Source of the DNA: an uncultured Sulfolobales archaeon
Lineage (GTDB): Archaea > Thermoproteota > Thermoprotei_A > Sulfolobales > NBVN01
Length of the DNA stretch: 64,000 nucleotides
Assembly: GCA_938045815.1 (NCBI GenBank)
Contig: CALIBI010000022.1
Coordinates: 8,034 to 72,033, forward strand
Direction of reading: 5' to 3'
The notes below the pieces were generated by a model, which saw nothing but the letters and a program-made list of their open reading frames with translations, was not told the origin of the DNA and did not search any database. This document shows, piece by piece, positions 9,280 to 19,336 of this stretch. A program made the translations under genes and the position numbers. Within the stretch, counting starts at the first letter, position 1. Every line of letters begins with the position of its first letter.

Positions 9280-10422
9280 TCACCTCCTCAAAATTATCGT
9301 TGTTATGTTGGAGCCCGCACCCCCTATATTCTGAGTTAAGCCTACCTCAGCAGGCACCGAGACTCCAGGGAAATCTCCTCTCAACTGCATCACTACCTCA
9401 GCTAACTGATAAACTCCGGTAGCGCCTACCGGATGCCCTCTTGATTTCAGACCCCCTGAGAGATTTAAGGAAGGCTTATCGCCGGGGCTGAAACGCCCCT
9501 CGCTCCAGGCTTTAGGTGCTTTACCTTTCTCAACAAACCCTATCGACTCTATACTTAGAGCTGCGGTAATTGTGTACGCGTCATGTATTTCAGCTATATC
9601 TACTTCTCTTAAGCTCACCTTAGCTATTCTCAAAGCATTCTCAGCAGAAACTCTAGAAGCTAGTAAGTGATCGAGCTCTAGTCTGGAAGATAAGTCCACA
9701 CTATCTATTGAGTTACTCACACCAGCTATGCTGACTGGGGTGTCTGTAGCCTTCCTGAGGTCCTCACTAACTAAGAGTGCGGCTGATGCTCCGTCACTCA
9801 ATGGGCAGGAGTCGTAGAGTCTTATCGGGTCCGCTATTACAGGGGACTTCAAGACATCTTCTAAGGTTATCTCGTTTCTTAGCTGAGCGTAGGGGTTCTT
9901 ATAACCATTCTTATGCATGAGAACGGACCAGTAAGCTAGCTCCTCATACTTAACACCGTACTTGTTCATATAGTACCGCATAAGCAGGGCGTTCAACCCT
10001 GAGAAAGTTATGCCGTAGATCAACTCGTAGTCTGCGTCAGCAGCGTAAGCTAACCCCCTGATCACGTCATTCGAGGGTCTTTCGAAGAGTTTCTCTACAC
10101 CAACTACAAGCACCTTACTGAAGAGACCTGAAGCTACTAGTGAGTATCCAGTCATTAGGGCTGCGCCGCCAGACCCGCAAGCACCCTCAACCTTAAATCC
10201 GCAAGCTCCTCTAAGACCTATGTGGTCTCCTATGAGTGACGCGAGATTCTCCTGCTCCACCAAAGAACTCAACATATTACCTACCACTATCGCTTCAGGC
10301 GTCTCATTACCGGCTTCTTCCAGAGCTTTAAGAGCTGCCTCACCGGCTAAGTCTCTCAATGATTTATCCACGTGCTTACCTACCTTAACCATCCCTACTC
10401 CTGCCACGTAAACTTTCCTCAA
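9280..10422 (-). CDS. Thiolase (acetyl-CoA C-acetyltransferase-like)
   Basis: 'RKVYVAGVGM', nucleophile region 'VEGACGSGGAA', C-terminal 'SRGHPVGATG' and 'NIGGAGSN'. The likely TTG start at 10422 overlaps the upstream TGA; the ORF track start is 10440. Confidence 0.9.
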   Translation of the reverse strand: MRKVYVAGVGMVKVGKHVDKSLRDLAGEAALKALEEAGNETPEAIVVGNMLSSLVEQENLASLIGDHIGLRGACGFKVEGACGSGGAALMTGYSLVASGLFSKVLVVGVEKLFERPSNDVIRGLAYAADADYELIYGITFSGLNALLMRYYMNKYGVKYEELAYWSVLMHKNGYKNPYAQLRNEITLEDVLKSPVIADPIRLYDSCPLSDGASAALLVSEDLRKATDTPVSIAGVSNSIDSVDLSSRLELDHLLASRVSAENALRIAKVSLREVDIAEIHDAYTITAALSIESIGFVEKGKAPKAWSEGRFSPGDKPSLNLSGGLKSRGHPVGATGVYQLAEVVMQLRGDFPGVSVPAEVGLTQNIGGAGSNITTIILRR

Positions 10423-11192
10423 CTTAAGCCACCAGCACACTTCATGTGAAGTATTATCACACCGTCAGAGATGGTGCCCCCCACGTAAACAACTTTTTCG
10501 TTAGCAGAGCACTTCTCAGCAATTTTCATTAAAGCTACTGCTGTACCTAGATTTACTTCGTAGCCTTGCCTTCTTAACTCCTCAGCTATTGACGAATCTG
10601 CTCTCTTCAGCTTAAGAGAAGATAACACTCTCTCAAGTAATCTTGGATTACGAATAAACCCATTTACTAAACTCACGTGCCCGTTCTTTACCCCCCTATA
10701 CTTAGTGAGTTTAGAGAGTATCTTTGTTGCTGTAGTTACTGATGCTTCTGTCACAAGCTCGTTTAGCGCTTTCTCATCAACTATTCCTGTCTTGAGAAAA
10801 CCTAGAAACTCTTTCCTTAACTCATACTTGGTTATCTGTATTCTGCCCTTATTATTGATTACCATACTCACCGCGCCAGCCGGAGGCTTACTACTTACTA
10901 CTGTTAGGATTGAGGGAGCGTTCCTCAGGCTGTAGTAAAGTCCCTCACTAACAGACCTGAAAGTAACTACTGAGGAGTTCTCTAGGTTCAGTAAATCAAG
11001 AACTATGCTGAAATCTACGTTTTCGTTAGAATCACAAACAAAGACGTACGTGCTATTTCTTGGTAAGCTTAACTTACTTAAAGTCTCGTAAGACATCGTT
11101 ATTTCGTCCTCGTCTCGGCCAGGCTTAGGCAGCTTAGTCTCCTCATCTATTGTGGAGGGTGTATAGTTTCTCCACTCTCTCAGAGCCGGCAC
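10419..11192 (-). CDS. Short thiolase-fold / HMG-CoA-synthase-like protein, apparently lacking the Cys nucleophile
   Basis: By-eye block similarity to archaeal HMGCS ('PGRDEDEITMSYETL', 'YVFVCDSNEN', 'AGAVSMVI', 'VYVGGTISDG'), but only 257 aa. The stop overlaps the thiolase start. Confidence 0.45.
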   Translation of the reverse strand: MPALREWRNYTPSTIDEETKLPKPGRDEDEITMSYETLSKLSLPRNSTYVFVCDSNENVDFSIVLDLLNLENSSVVTFRSVSEGLYYSLRNAPSILTVVSSKPPAGAVSMVINNKGRIQITKYELRKEFLGFLKTGIVDEKALNELVTEASVTTATKILSKLTKYRGVKNGHVSLVNGFIRNPRLLERVLSSLKLKRADSSIAEELRRQGYEVNLGTAVALMKIAEKCSANEKVVYVGGTISDGVIILHMKCAGGLS

Positions 11193-11329
11193 TCACTAAC
11201 ACCTCTGAAAAAGAATGTTTGGTTCTCCTTTTATTGTTTAAGTCTGCGTTAAACAATTGTCTGAGTTAAGAAACATTAGACTTATATTTTCCGCTTCTCT
11301 AAGACTTTCATAGTAAGGGCTGTTAAGAT

Positions 11330-12346
11330 ATGACAAAAAATAAAGCGTTAATGTTAGCTTTGCTGCTTGCTGCCGCGTCTTATATTTTGTTGTTTGCTTT
11401 CATATATACTAACGATGTCAGCAAAATCCTCACGCTTCTTATGAGGAGCGAGAGCTTCGGTTATGTCTCCTTAGCACTACTTACTAGGATCTCCTCAGTC
11501 ACTCTCCACGCGTTGACTTTCTTCATATTACTGAGGGCAGTGGATAAAGTTAGGATGCTTGATGTTGTTAAGGTGACTTACGTGTCGGTGTTCTCAGAAT
11601 TGATTGTTCCTGTGGGGGGAGTTACTGAAGTCGTTAAATTCGCATTACTAACTAAGAACTCATCCGTGAGTGCTAGTAAGACATTCTTAGGCATAGCTTC
11701 ACATAGACTCGTGACTACCTTAACCATGTTAACTTTCTTGTTGTTATCTGTGGTATGGTTACACATATCTATCTCGAGGGTTCTGATCTTGATATTGCCG
11801 GCTCTCGCCTTAATCTTAATTAATCTGTCTCTGTTCATAGTGCCTAGAAGCAAGTCACTCGAATCTCTAGTAAATAAGCTTTACCGTAGGATGGGGAAGA
11901 ACGTTAGCGTAAGAATTCACGAGGAATACCTTAACAATTTTTCCAGCTTTGTTAAGCGTTATGACCTCGTCTTGATGGCTACCCTACTTTCTGTGTTAGA
12001 GAGGATAGCTAATGTTGCTCACGGCTACGTACTCGCTCTTTTAGTAGGTCTTAAGCCAAGCTTCTGGCAACTTGTGATAGGGTTTGATTCTATCTACATG
12101 ATAATGTGGCTTCTCCCAATAGTTACGCCAGGCAATATAGGGATTTACGAATTAACACAGACGGGCGTATTAAGCCTAGTCGGGATTAGCAGGAGTACTG
12201 CTGCGTTACTCAGCATCCTAACCAGAATATTCATTGTGTTGGGTGAGTACCCATTATTCCTGGCGGCGGCAGTAGGCTTTGGAATAAGCACGAAGAACAT
12301 AACACAACTAGTTAAAGAATGGAGTAAGGATTCCTCAAGTTATTAA
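11330..12346 (+). CDS. Integral membrane protein, UPF0104/flippase-like (LPG-synthase TM domain family)
   Basis: 338 aa with about 8 TM helices. The C-terminal 'PGNIGIYELTQTGVLSLVG' resembles the conserved motif of this family. Call is from memory. Confidence 0.55.
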   Translation: MTKNKALMLALLLAAASYILLFAFIYTNDVSKILTLLMRSESFGYVSLALLTRISSVTLHALTFFILLRAVDKVRMLDVVKVTYVSVFSELIVPVGGVTEVVKFALLTKNSSVSASKTFLGIASHRLVTTLTMLTFLLLSVVWLHISISRVLILILPALALILINLSLFIVPRSKSLESLVNKLYRRMGKNVSVRIHEEYLNNFSSFVKRYDLVLMATLLSVLERIANVAHGYVLALLVGLKPSFWQLVIGFDSIYMIMWLLPIVTPGNIGIYELTQTGVLSLVGISRSTAALLSILTRIFIVLGEYPLFLAAAVGFGISTKNITQLVKEWSKDSSSY

Positions 12347-12380
12347 AGGATAAACAGTAATAACGTGGGGGTTTAAAGAA

Positions 12381-12749
12381 GTGGCTGAGAACCTCAAGAG
12401 TAAGGTCATAGAAGTATTGAAGACCGTGGAAGATCCTGAGTTAGGTATTGATGTGTGGAATCTAGGACTAATTTACGAAGTCTTAGTTAGTGAGGGCGGT
12501 GATGTCTTAATAAAAATGACGTTCACCGCTCCTGGGTGTCCTGCCAGCACCTACATTCTCTTCGAAGTGTATAAGAGGTTGTCAGTCATCGAGGGTGTGA
12601 GAGATGTTCGTATTGAGGTGGTTCTAGACCCTAGATGGACTCCTCTAAGGATGACGCAAGAAGGAAGGAAGAAATTTGAGCTAAAGTACGGGTATGACAT
12701 CGTTGAGAAGTACTTAGAGTCTGTGAAGAGTGGTAAGGTCAGGGGTTAG
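12381..12749 (+). CDS. DUF59 / MIP18-SufT-like Fe-S assembly protein
   Basis: GTG start. 'VEDPELGIDVWNLGLIYEV' and 'TFTAPGCPAS' are hallmark DUF59 motifs. Confidence 0.85.
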   Translation: MAENLKSKVIEVLKTVEDPELGIDVWNLGLIYEVLVSEGGDVLIKMTFTAPGCPASTYILFEVYKRLSVIEGVRDVRIEVVLDPRWTPLRMTQEGRKKFELKYGYDIVEKYLESVKSGKVRG

Positions 12750-13263
12750 CACAGTGCCCGTCAAAGAACACAGAGAGGAAGCAACGAGCATAGGAGTTAG
12801 TCTTGGACTTATCATAACTAGTGACTCAATCCTGAAGGGACTCAAGAAAGACGAGATAACACCTCTCGTGGAGCGGGTGTGCAGCGAGTATGGCGTAACA
12901 TTAAGGGATAGAGTCTTAGTTTCTAACAATAAAGAGGAGATCAAGAAAGCATTTAGTGATTTGGTAAGCTCGTGCAACGTAGTCATAGTCACGGGCGGAA
13001 CTGGATTAAGCCCTAGAGACGTAACGGTAGAAGCTCTCAAGAATTACTGTAATAAAGACGTGCCAGGATTCGGGGAACTCTTCAGGTACTTGACTTTCTT
13101 GAGGCATGGGTCTGCAGCTATGGCTTCAAGAAGTTTTGCCTGTGTTTCAGGAAATACTCTACTGTTTGCGTTACCTGGATCGCCGGACGCCGTTGAATTA
13201 GCTTTAAGAGAACTAATAATGCCTGAAATACGTCACCTACTTCACGAGCTCAGGAAAGCGTGA
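12730..13263 (+). CDS. moaB: Molybdenum cofactor biosynthesis protein B (MoaB/MogA family)
   Basis: 'VIVTGGTGLSPRDVT', 'VPGFGELFR', 'LFALPGSPDAV'. An alternative in-frame GTG start at 12754 lies just after the DUF59 stop. Confidence 0.85.
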   Translation: MVRSGVSTVPVKEHREEATSIGVSLGLIITSDSILKGLKKDEITPLVERVCSEYGVTLRDRVLVSNNKEEIKKAFSDLVSSCNVVIVTGGTGLSPRDVTVEALKNYCNKDVPGFGELFRYLTFLRHGSAAMASRSFACVSGNTLLFALPGSPDAVELALRELIMPEIRHLLHELRKA

Positions 13264-13264
13264 C

Positions 13265-13915
13265 TTAAGTTATTCCTAAAGATTCCTTAAGAACTCCCAC
13301 AACCTTACTGCTCGTAATAAGTCTTGAGTATGTCTTGGAAACCTCCTCTCTATCCTTCTCTATTATCGAGACCTGGCCAGACTCCTGATTCACTCTCATC
13401 AAGAGGTATCCAGGTACCCAGTAAGAAGGCTTAACTCGCTTATCCAGACATAAATTCTTAAGGATCTCTCTAACTATCGCTACGTTGCTCTTCAGAAGTA
13501 TTTCACGCGTGTCTATCTTGGGTGGTCTAAACAATTCTAGAGTCCACCATCTCCTCTTTATTCTCTGTTCTGTGGTTTCGCTCGGTATCAAGTCACTAAA
13601 GTATTTCCTAGCTTTCTCTACGTCACTTAAGATTTCCTCGACTGCTTCAACATCTTTCAATAACTCGTACTCACTACACCTAGTGTGAGTAAGTTTCGCG
13701 GCATCAACACTCGGGTATGTTAAGATATTCGTGCTCTTGTTTAGTTTCCTTATAGTGAGGAACCTGACTAAAGGGTTCTCAAGAACCTTGCTTAAGTAGC
13801 ATTCAAGGATAAACCTGTCGGTGCGAGAACCACACTCACGAAATTCAGCTATAGCTACGGGGAACCAAATAAGTAATCCGTTACTTTTCTTAGGGTATGC
13901 TTCAATGAAAGACAC
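13265..13915 (-). CDS. Hypothetical protein
   Basis: 216-aa ORF filling the gap between moaB and pheS, divergent from pheS. No motif recognised. Confidence 0.55.
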   Translation of the reverse strand: MSFIEAYPKKSNGLLIWFPVAIAEFRECGSRTDRFILECYLSKVLENPLVRFLTIRKLNKSTNILTYPSVDAAKLTHTRCSEYELLKDVEAVEEILSDVEKARKYFSDLIPSETTEQRIKRRWWTLELFRPPKIDTREILLKSNVAIVREILKNLCLDKRVKPSYWVPGYLLMRVNQESGQVSIIEKDREEVSKTYSRLITSSKVVGVLKESLGIT

Positions 13916-13998
13916 TACATTCCCTCCTAAACATAAGGTAGTGTTCAGCTTAATAATTTTATTAGTTTTTCTTAAATACTCATGTAGCGGTGTAGAGA

Positions 13999-15507
13999 GT
14001 GCTTGAAAGCTTAGTATTACCTCCGAGGCAATTCAAGATTGTTAAGTACTTGTGTGAGGCTGGTATAGGTGTTGATATTAGTGAATTGAGTGGCTTCCTA
14101 GGGGTTAAGGAGTCAGACTTAATGAGAGATTTAATAGAGTTAGAAAGCAAGCAATTAATAAAACTAGAGAAAACCGTGAAGTACTTAATCAGGTTAAGTA
14201 AGCTGGGACTCAAGTATCTTGAGTTAGGGCTGCCTGAAGAGAGAGTTTTGAAGTATTTGATGTCTGGCGACGAGAAAGTGTCTTTAAAAGAGTTAGCTTC
14301 GATAGGTCTAGACGAAGACGAAATAAAGGCGTCGCTAGGTCATTTAAGGAAGTACGGGTTAGTGAAGCTTGAGGGAGCTTCAGTAATTCTGGTTAAGAAA
14401 GAATTAAGTGCTTTCCTAGAAGAAGTAAGTAGAGTTAAGGAATTACTGAGGACTCACGCGGAACCCATACTATACGATAGCGTGCCGGAGTGGGCGGCGA
14501 CTCTAAAACGCAGAAAACTCGTGGAAGTAGATGATGTGAAGCTTATTAAAGTCTACCCAACACAAAACCTACTTAAACTGATGAGTGAGGGGAAGGTAGT
14601 TGAGGGAGTGTTAATAACTAACCTAACCTCCGAAGCTCTCGTTAGTGGGGCGTGGAAGAAAGCAATATTCAAGGAGTTCGATGTTGGGGTTGAGGTTCCG
14701 GCGCGTACGCCCAGGCTAAGACACCACTACACTCTCTTCGTGAGGTATATTAAGGAAATACTTGTTGAGATGGGGTTCGAGGAGGTCAGGGGTCCTTACG
14801 TAGAGAGTTGTCTCTGGAATTTCGATGCTTTATTCGTTCCTCAATACCATCCATCAAGAAAAGAAACAGACGTTTACTATGTTGACAACGCAAGTGTTGA
14901 GGTTAAGGAGGTTGACGTTCTTGAGAGAACTAAGAAAATACATGAAGGAGTCTGGAAGTATGGTTGGAGAGAAGACGTAGCTAGGATGACTGTCCTCAGA
15001 ACACACACAACTCCTGTATCTCTGAGAACCATATACGAACGTGGTGCCGGGGAGTATAGGGTCTTCTCATTCGACAGGGTGTTTAGACCTGATACCCCGG
15101 ACCCCACACACTTGATGGAGTTCCACCAGCTTGAAGGCATTATAGTAGGTAAGAAAGTAACCTTTAGAGAGTTATTAGGGTTCTTTAAGGAACTTGCTAA
15201 ACGCTTAGGTATGGAGGAAGTCAGGTTCAAGCCTGCATACTTCCCGTTCACGGAGCCAAGCGTTGAAGGGTTCGTGAAACACCCCAAGTTAGGATGGATC
15301 GAGGTATTCCCTGGAGGTATGTTCAGGCCTGAGGTACTAGCTAGTGTAGCCTTGCCTCCGGAATATAAGGTAGCTGCTTGGGGGATAGGAATAGATAGGC
15401 TTGCCATGATAGTCTTAGGATTTGATGATATAAGAAACCTTTATTCGTGTGATCTAGACATCATAGAATCAACGAAGATACCTGAGGTGATTTTGAGGAA
15501 TGCCTAA
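13999..15507 (+). CDS. pheS: Phenylalanine--tRNA ligase alpha subunit
   Basis: Archaeal-type N-terminal wHTH repeats; class II motif 2 'FRPDTPDPTHLMEFHQLEG' and motif 3 'GIGIDRLAM'. Confidence 0.95.
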   Translation: MLESLVLPPRQFKIVKYLCEAGIGVDISELSGFLGVKESDLMRDLIELESKQLIKLEKTVKYLIRLSKLGLKYLELGLPEERVLKYLMSGDEKVSLKELASIGLDEDEIKASLGHLRKYGLVKLEGASVILVKKELSAFLEEVSRVKELLRTHAEPILYDSVPEWAATLKRRKLVEVDDVKLIKVYPTQNLLKLMSEGKVVEGVLITNLTSEALVSGAWKKAIFKEFDVGVEVPARTPRLRHHYTLFVRYIKEILVEMGFEEVRGPYVESCLWNFDALFVPQYHPSRKETDVYYVDNASVEVKEVDVLERTKKIHEGVWKYGWREDVARMTVLRTHTTPVSLRTIYERGAGEYRVFSFDRVFRPDTPDPTHLMEFHQLEGIIVGKKVTFRELLGFFKELAKRLGMEEVRFKPAYFPFTEPSVEGFVKHPKLGWIEVFPGGMFRPEVLASVALPPEYKVAAWGIGIDRLAMIVLGFDDIRNLYSCDLDIIESTKIPEVILRNA

Positions 15508-17143
15508 AGTTGAGGTAAGGTTGTGGGATGTTGAGAGAATAGCTGAGACGCCACTATCCCTAGAAGAGCTAGTGAGAACTCTTGAGACGCTAAAGAGTGA
15601 TTTAGAGGAGGTGAGAGGAGATACTATAGTCTATGAGGCTAGTCACGACAGACCAGACATGTTCTCTGCTGAAGGTCTTGGTAGAGCTGTAGGTGTTTAC
15701 AAAGGCTCTAGGAAGCCAGTTAAGTATGTAGTCGAGAACCCAACAACCTACCTAGACGTCAGTGAAGCGCCTGAGTACAGACCGTACGCATACTTAGCTA
15801 TAGTAGAGAATCTAGAACTAGATGAAGAGGCAGTCAGGCAGATATTTCAGTTGCAGGAGAAACTCCACACTACATACTGCGGTGATAGAGAGTTCGTATC
15901 GATAGGTCTATACGACTTAGATAAGGTGAAGCCACCTATAAGGTACGTTGAAGTAGAGAACGCTAGTTACAGACCGTTAGGCTACGATAACGTAATGAGC
16001 TTGGACGAGATACTGCGTAAGACTGAGAAAGGGCTTAAATACGCTCACCTAGTGCGTCACCATCACTACCCACTCCTAGTAGACTCCGAAGATCAAGTAC
16101 TTTCTTTCCCTCCAATACTTAACGCTGAAGACAATAAAGTCACTGAAGAGACGCGTAGGGTAGTCATAGACGTGACGGGAACAGAACCTAACCTAATGAT
16201 GAAGGTCTTAAACATCGTAACAACTTCCGTTAGTGAGAGGTCTAGAAACCCGTTCATTAGGAAGGTGAGTATTAAGGGTTCTTCACTCTACCCCTACAGT
16301 CCAGTACTAGAAGAAAGCATAGTAGAGGTTAAGAGGGATTACGTGACTTCATTACTAGGTATTGACCCAATCCAGGTTAAGGGCCCACACCTACTAGAAT
16401 CTATGGGTTATGAGATTCTGAGCTTAAGCGATGATCGTGTAGTAGTTAAGGTTCCTCCCTACAGGATAGACGTGCTCTCACACGTTGACGTTATAGAAGA
16501 CTTAGCGATATCTTACGGGTATAACGAGCTCGTGGGTGGGGTCACCCCACCACCACACTTCGGTAGAGTGAATCCGTTAGAGAGATTTGCTGAGTATTTA
16601 AGAGAGGTTATGTTGGGGTTAGGTCTCCAGGAAGTACTAAACTTCATGTTGACGGATCCTGACGTACTTAGCTTAGTTAGTGAGGAGGAATTCATTAGGG
16701 TGAGAAACCCTAAGATGAAGACGTATTCGGCTGTGAGGAACTCCTTAGTACCCACCATACTCATGTCAGTAAAAACAAACAGCTCTAAAAGAAGAAAACT
16801 AGAAATATTCGAGGTAGGTGATGTAGTTAGGCTTGGCGAAGATAAGCAACCAACTTACATGAAGAAACTCGCTTACGGGCTGGCTGGCGACGACTACACG
16901 CTAACAGACGGACTAGTAGTGCTTAAGTCGTTGATGAATATACTCGGGATTAACTACAAACTAAGAAAAACCTCGAGAAGGTTACTGATTAGTGGTAGAG
17001 CTACTGAGATCCTGGTTGGGGGTGAGTCGGTAGGAATTGTTGGTGAGGTGAGTCCCGAGATACTGATTAGCTTAGACATACTTGTTCCTACGACTATAGC
17101 TGAGTTAGATGTAGCGAAGCTTTTCTCCGCTCTATCTTTATGA
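15500..17143 (+). CDS. pheT: Phenylalanine--tRNA ligase beta subunit
   Basis: 547 aa with an 8-nt overlap with pheS. Archaeal beta-subunit architecture (B3/4 and B5-like regions), called by context and length. Confidence 0.9.
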   Translation: MPKVEVRLWDVERIAETPLSLEELVRTLETLKSDLEEVRGDTIVYEASHDRPDMFSAEGLGRAVGVYKGSRKPVKYVVENPTTYLDVSEAPEYRPYAYLAIVENLELDEEAVRQIFQLQEKLHTTYCGDREFVSIGLYDLDKVKPPIRYVEVENASYRPLGYDNVMSLDEILRKTEKGLKYAHLVRHHHYPLLVDSEDQVLSFPPILNAEDNKVTEETRRVVIDVTGTEPNLMMKVLNIVTTSVSERSRNPFIRKVSIKGSSLYPYSPVLEESIVEVKRDYVTSLLGIDPIQVKGPHLLESMGYEILSLSDDRVVVKVPPYRIDVLSHVDVIEDLAISYGYNELVGGVTPPPHFGRVNPLERFAEYLREVMLGLGLQEVLNFMLTDPDVLSLVSEEEFIRVRNPKMKTYSAVRNSLVPTILMSVKTNSSKRRKLEIFEVGDVVRLGEDKQPTYMKKLAYGLAGDDYTLTDGLVVLKSLMNILGINYKLRKTSRRLLISGRATEILVGGESVGIVGEVSPEILISLDILVPTTIAELDVAKLFSALSL

Positions 17144-19240
17144 GCTGGCAAGTTTCTTGGCTTCCTCAATTACTTCACGAGCTACTTTAGGTCCGAAGCT
17201 CCTGAGACTAGCTAATTTAGTTGGGTCAGCTGAAGCAAGTTCCTTAACTGTCTTGATTCCGTGATTGTAAAGAACCCTAGCTCTCACTCTCCCGATCCCC
17301 CTGACACGAACCAGGTCAAGTAATTCTTCCCTGATCCCGTAACTTACTCTAGTGCTCAATATATTGAGTCTCTTAGCATGTTCTTTTAAGCCGACCACAT
17401 CACATATGTTTGATGCGGCGTACGTTAACCACTCACCGGTCTCTACCAATATTCTTAAATCTCCGGACCCAATACCATGCCTACTTATGATCTCGTCTTC
17501 AGGAACCTCCTCTATCCACTCATTAAGTATTTTCCCTATCTTGTATGCTCGTAACCAATCGTAGTATCCTATTTCCTCCACATCTTCAGGAGGTTCTGGG
17601 ATTAAACCCATTGTGAGTGATGAGCGTGCTTCTGCTGAGTATGTCCGGTAATTTGTTATCCTGACTTTACTGAAGTCTGTGGTCAGAGCTATTAATGTTA
17701 GGTAGTATAATGGCTTAGCTACCACGATTTTCCTGAGATTATTGAGTATGATGACTGCTGAGAGCGGATCTATATACATTCTTGAGGTGGTAGCTCCTAG
17801 CTTAGTAGCTCTTAATAGGGAGCCGCTTTTCTCAATCATTCCTTCCTTACTCAGTATCTCAAGTCCGTAATTGACTGCACTGATGCTGGGTCCTCTACCC
17901 CTCATAAAGCCTGCTAGAGTTTTCTCGAAAATGTCTACAAGGTCTTCAAAAGTTCTAGCATCTCCTGAAGCTATCAGAGCTAGTGTGCTGATTCTTACTG
18001 CCCTATCCTGTAGTAGAGCAGACCTAACAGGTTCTGGCTTACCCAAAACGTAAGCCCAACCTTCTTCTTCTGATGACACATCAGCTACTATAGCCTCTCC
18101 GTAGGGGTCGTATTGAGGCCTGCCCGCTCTTCCAGCCATTTGCTTGAATTCAGCTACTGTGATTGGTTTGAGGAAACCTTCAAATCTCTTAGTATAAACT
18201 ACCACTCTCCTAGCGGGGAGGTTTATGCCTGCTGCTAAGGTGGGAGTAGCTATGACTGCTCTAAGAACTCTATTCCTAAATCCTCTCTCCACTATTTTTC
18301 TTGATGCTAGGGAGAGACCTGCATGATGGTATGCAAGCCCTCTCGAAATCACCTTAGATAACGACTCAATTTCTGACTTAGGAGCTTCAGAAGACTCTAG
18401 CTCTCTCACTAAATCTTTAGTTTCAGGTATTTCCTCTAAACTCAATAACGCTAGCTTGGAGGAAAGTTCTTCAGCTTTCTTTCTAGCCTGCACAAAAATT
18501 AGTAGTTGGTAGTCTTCGTCCACAGCTCTCACGTAGCAGTGTTGGGGGAGGGTCTGCTTCTTTGATACTTCTTCTAGGCGTCCGTCAGAAAAAACTATTA
18601 GGTTTTTCTTAGATAGGTAGAAACCTTCGATTAGTCTTACTGGTCGCCAATCACTAACAACTAGTTCTGAGTCTAGCCACTCACTAAGTATTTGCGGTTC
18701 ACCGACAGTTGCTGATAGTCCTACTATCTGTAGGTTATTAAGGAGTGACCTAACAGCCAATAACTCAACAATAGGCCCTCTATCCTCGTCACCTACCATG
18801 TGGAGCTCGTCTATCACTATAGTCTTTACCTCGTTAAGCCAAGAAGGCTTGAGCCTAAACACGGAATCCATCCTCTCGTAAGTAGCTACGATCCAGTCGT
18901 ACTGCTTAAGTTCCTCACCCGGGTTATCGTAATCACCCGTAGTTATGCCTACTCTCACACCCAAGTCACTCCAGAACTTAAACTCTTCGTATTTTTCTTC
19001 TGCTAAAGCCTTCAAAGGCGATACGTAGATTCCTTTACCTTCGTTGAGCCATGCATTAATGAGCGCTAGCTCACCAATAAGAGTCTTACCGCTCGCTGTA
19101 GGAGCTACCACGACTAGAGAACGACCTTCAAACAAGCCTTTCTTTATGGCTTCTGCTTGGGGTGGTGTGAGCGTAGTTATGCCTCTCCTTCTTAAAGTTT
19201 CCACTACCTCATTAGGGAGTTTCAGTTCCTCAATACTCAA
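17138..19240 (-). CDS. hel308: Hel308/Hjm Ski2-like ATP-dependent DNA helicase
   Basis: Walker A 'APTASGKT', 'IDELHMVGD', 'SATVGE', 'QMAGRAGR', and a C-terminal HhH domain 'VRGIGRVRARVL'. Confidence 0.9.
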   Translation of the reverse strand: MSIEELKLPNEVVETLRRRGITTLTPPQAEAIKKGLFEGRSLVVVAPTASGKTLIGELALINAWLNEGKGIYVSPLKALAEEKYEEFKFWSDLGVRVGITTGDYDNPGEELKQYDWIVATYERMDSVFRLKPSWLNEVKTIVIDELHMVGDEDRGPIVELLAVRSLLNNLQIVGLSATVGEPQILSEWLDSELVVSDWRPVRLIEGFYLSKKNLIVFSDGRLEEVSKKQTLPQHCYVRAVDEDYQLLIFVQARKKAEELSSKLALLSLEEIPETKDLVRELESSEAPKSEIESLSKVISRGLAYHHAGLSLASRKIVERGFRNRVLRAVIATPTLAAGINLPARRVVVYTKRFEGFLKPITVAEFKQMAGRAGRPQYDPYGEAIVADVSSEEEGWAYVLGKPEPVRSALLQDRAVRISTLALIASGDARTFEDLVDIFEKTLAGFMRGRGPSISAVNYGLEILSKEGMIEKSGSLLRATKLGATTSRMYIDPLSAVIILNNLRKIVVAKPLYYLTLIALTTDFSKVRITNYRTYSAEARSSLTMGLIPEPPEDVEEIGYYDWLRAYKIGKILNEWIEEVPEDEIISRHGIGSGDLRILVETGEWLTYAASNICDVVGLKEHAKRLNILSTRVSYGIREELLDLVRVRGIGRVRARVLYNHGIKTVKELASADPTKLASLRSFGPKVAREVIEEAKKLASS

Positions 19241-19336
19241 TTAACTCAGCCTTACTCTAATACTTAAAAGACCTAAATAATTAAATAATGATGCCGGGGC
19301 ACGTCCTCACCACGATGCGTGTAGCGGGTTCTCGAG

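Noticed and set aside
19283-19336. GC-rich leader upstream of the radical SAM gene with C-box-like ATGATGC and C/D-like 7-12-4-3-7-12-4 spacing
   Set aside because: CTGA is absent at both the D' and D positions (TCAC and CGAG instead), and the C' box is poor. The D box is the most conserved element of C/D sRNAs, so this is most likely just a 5' UTR.
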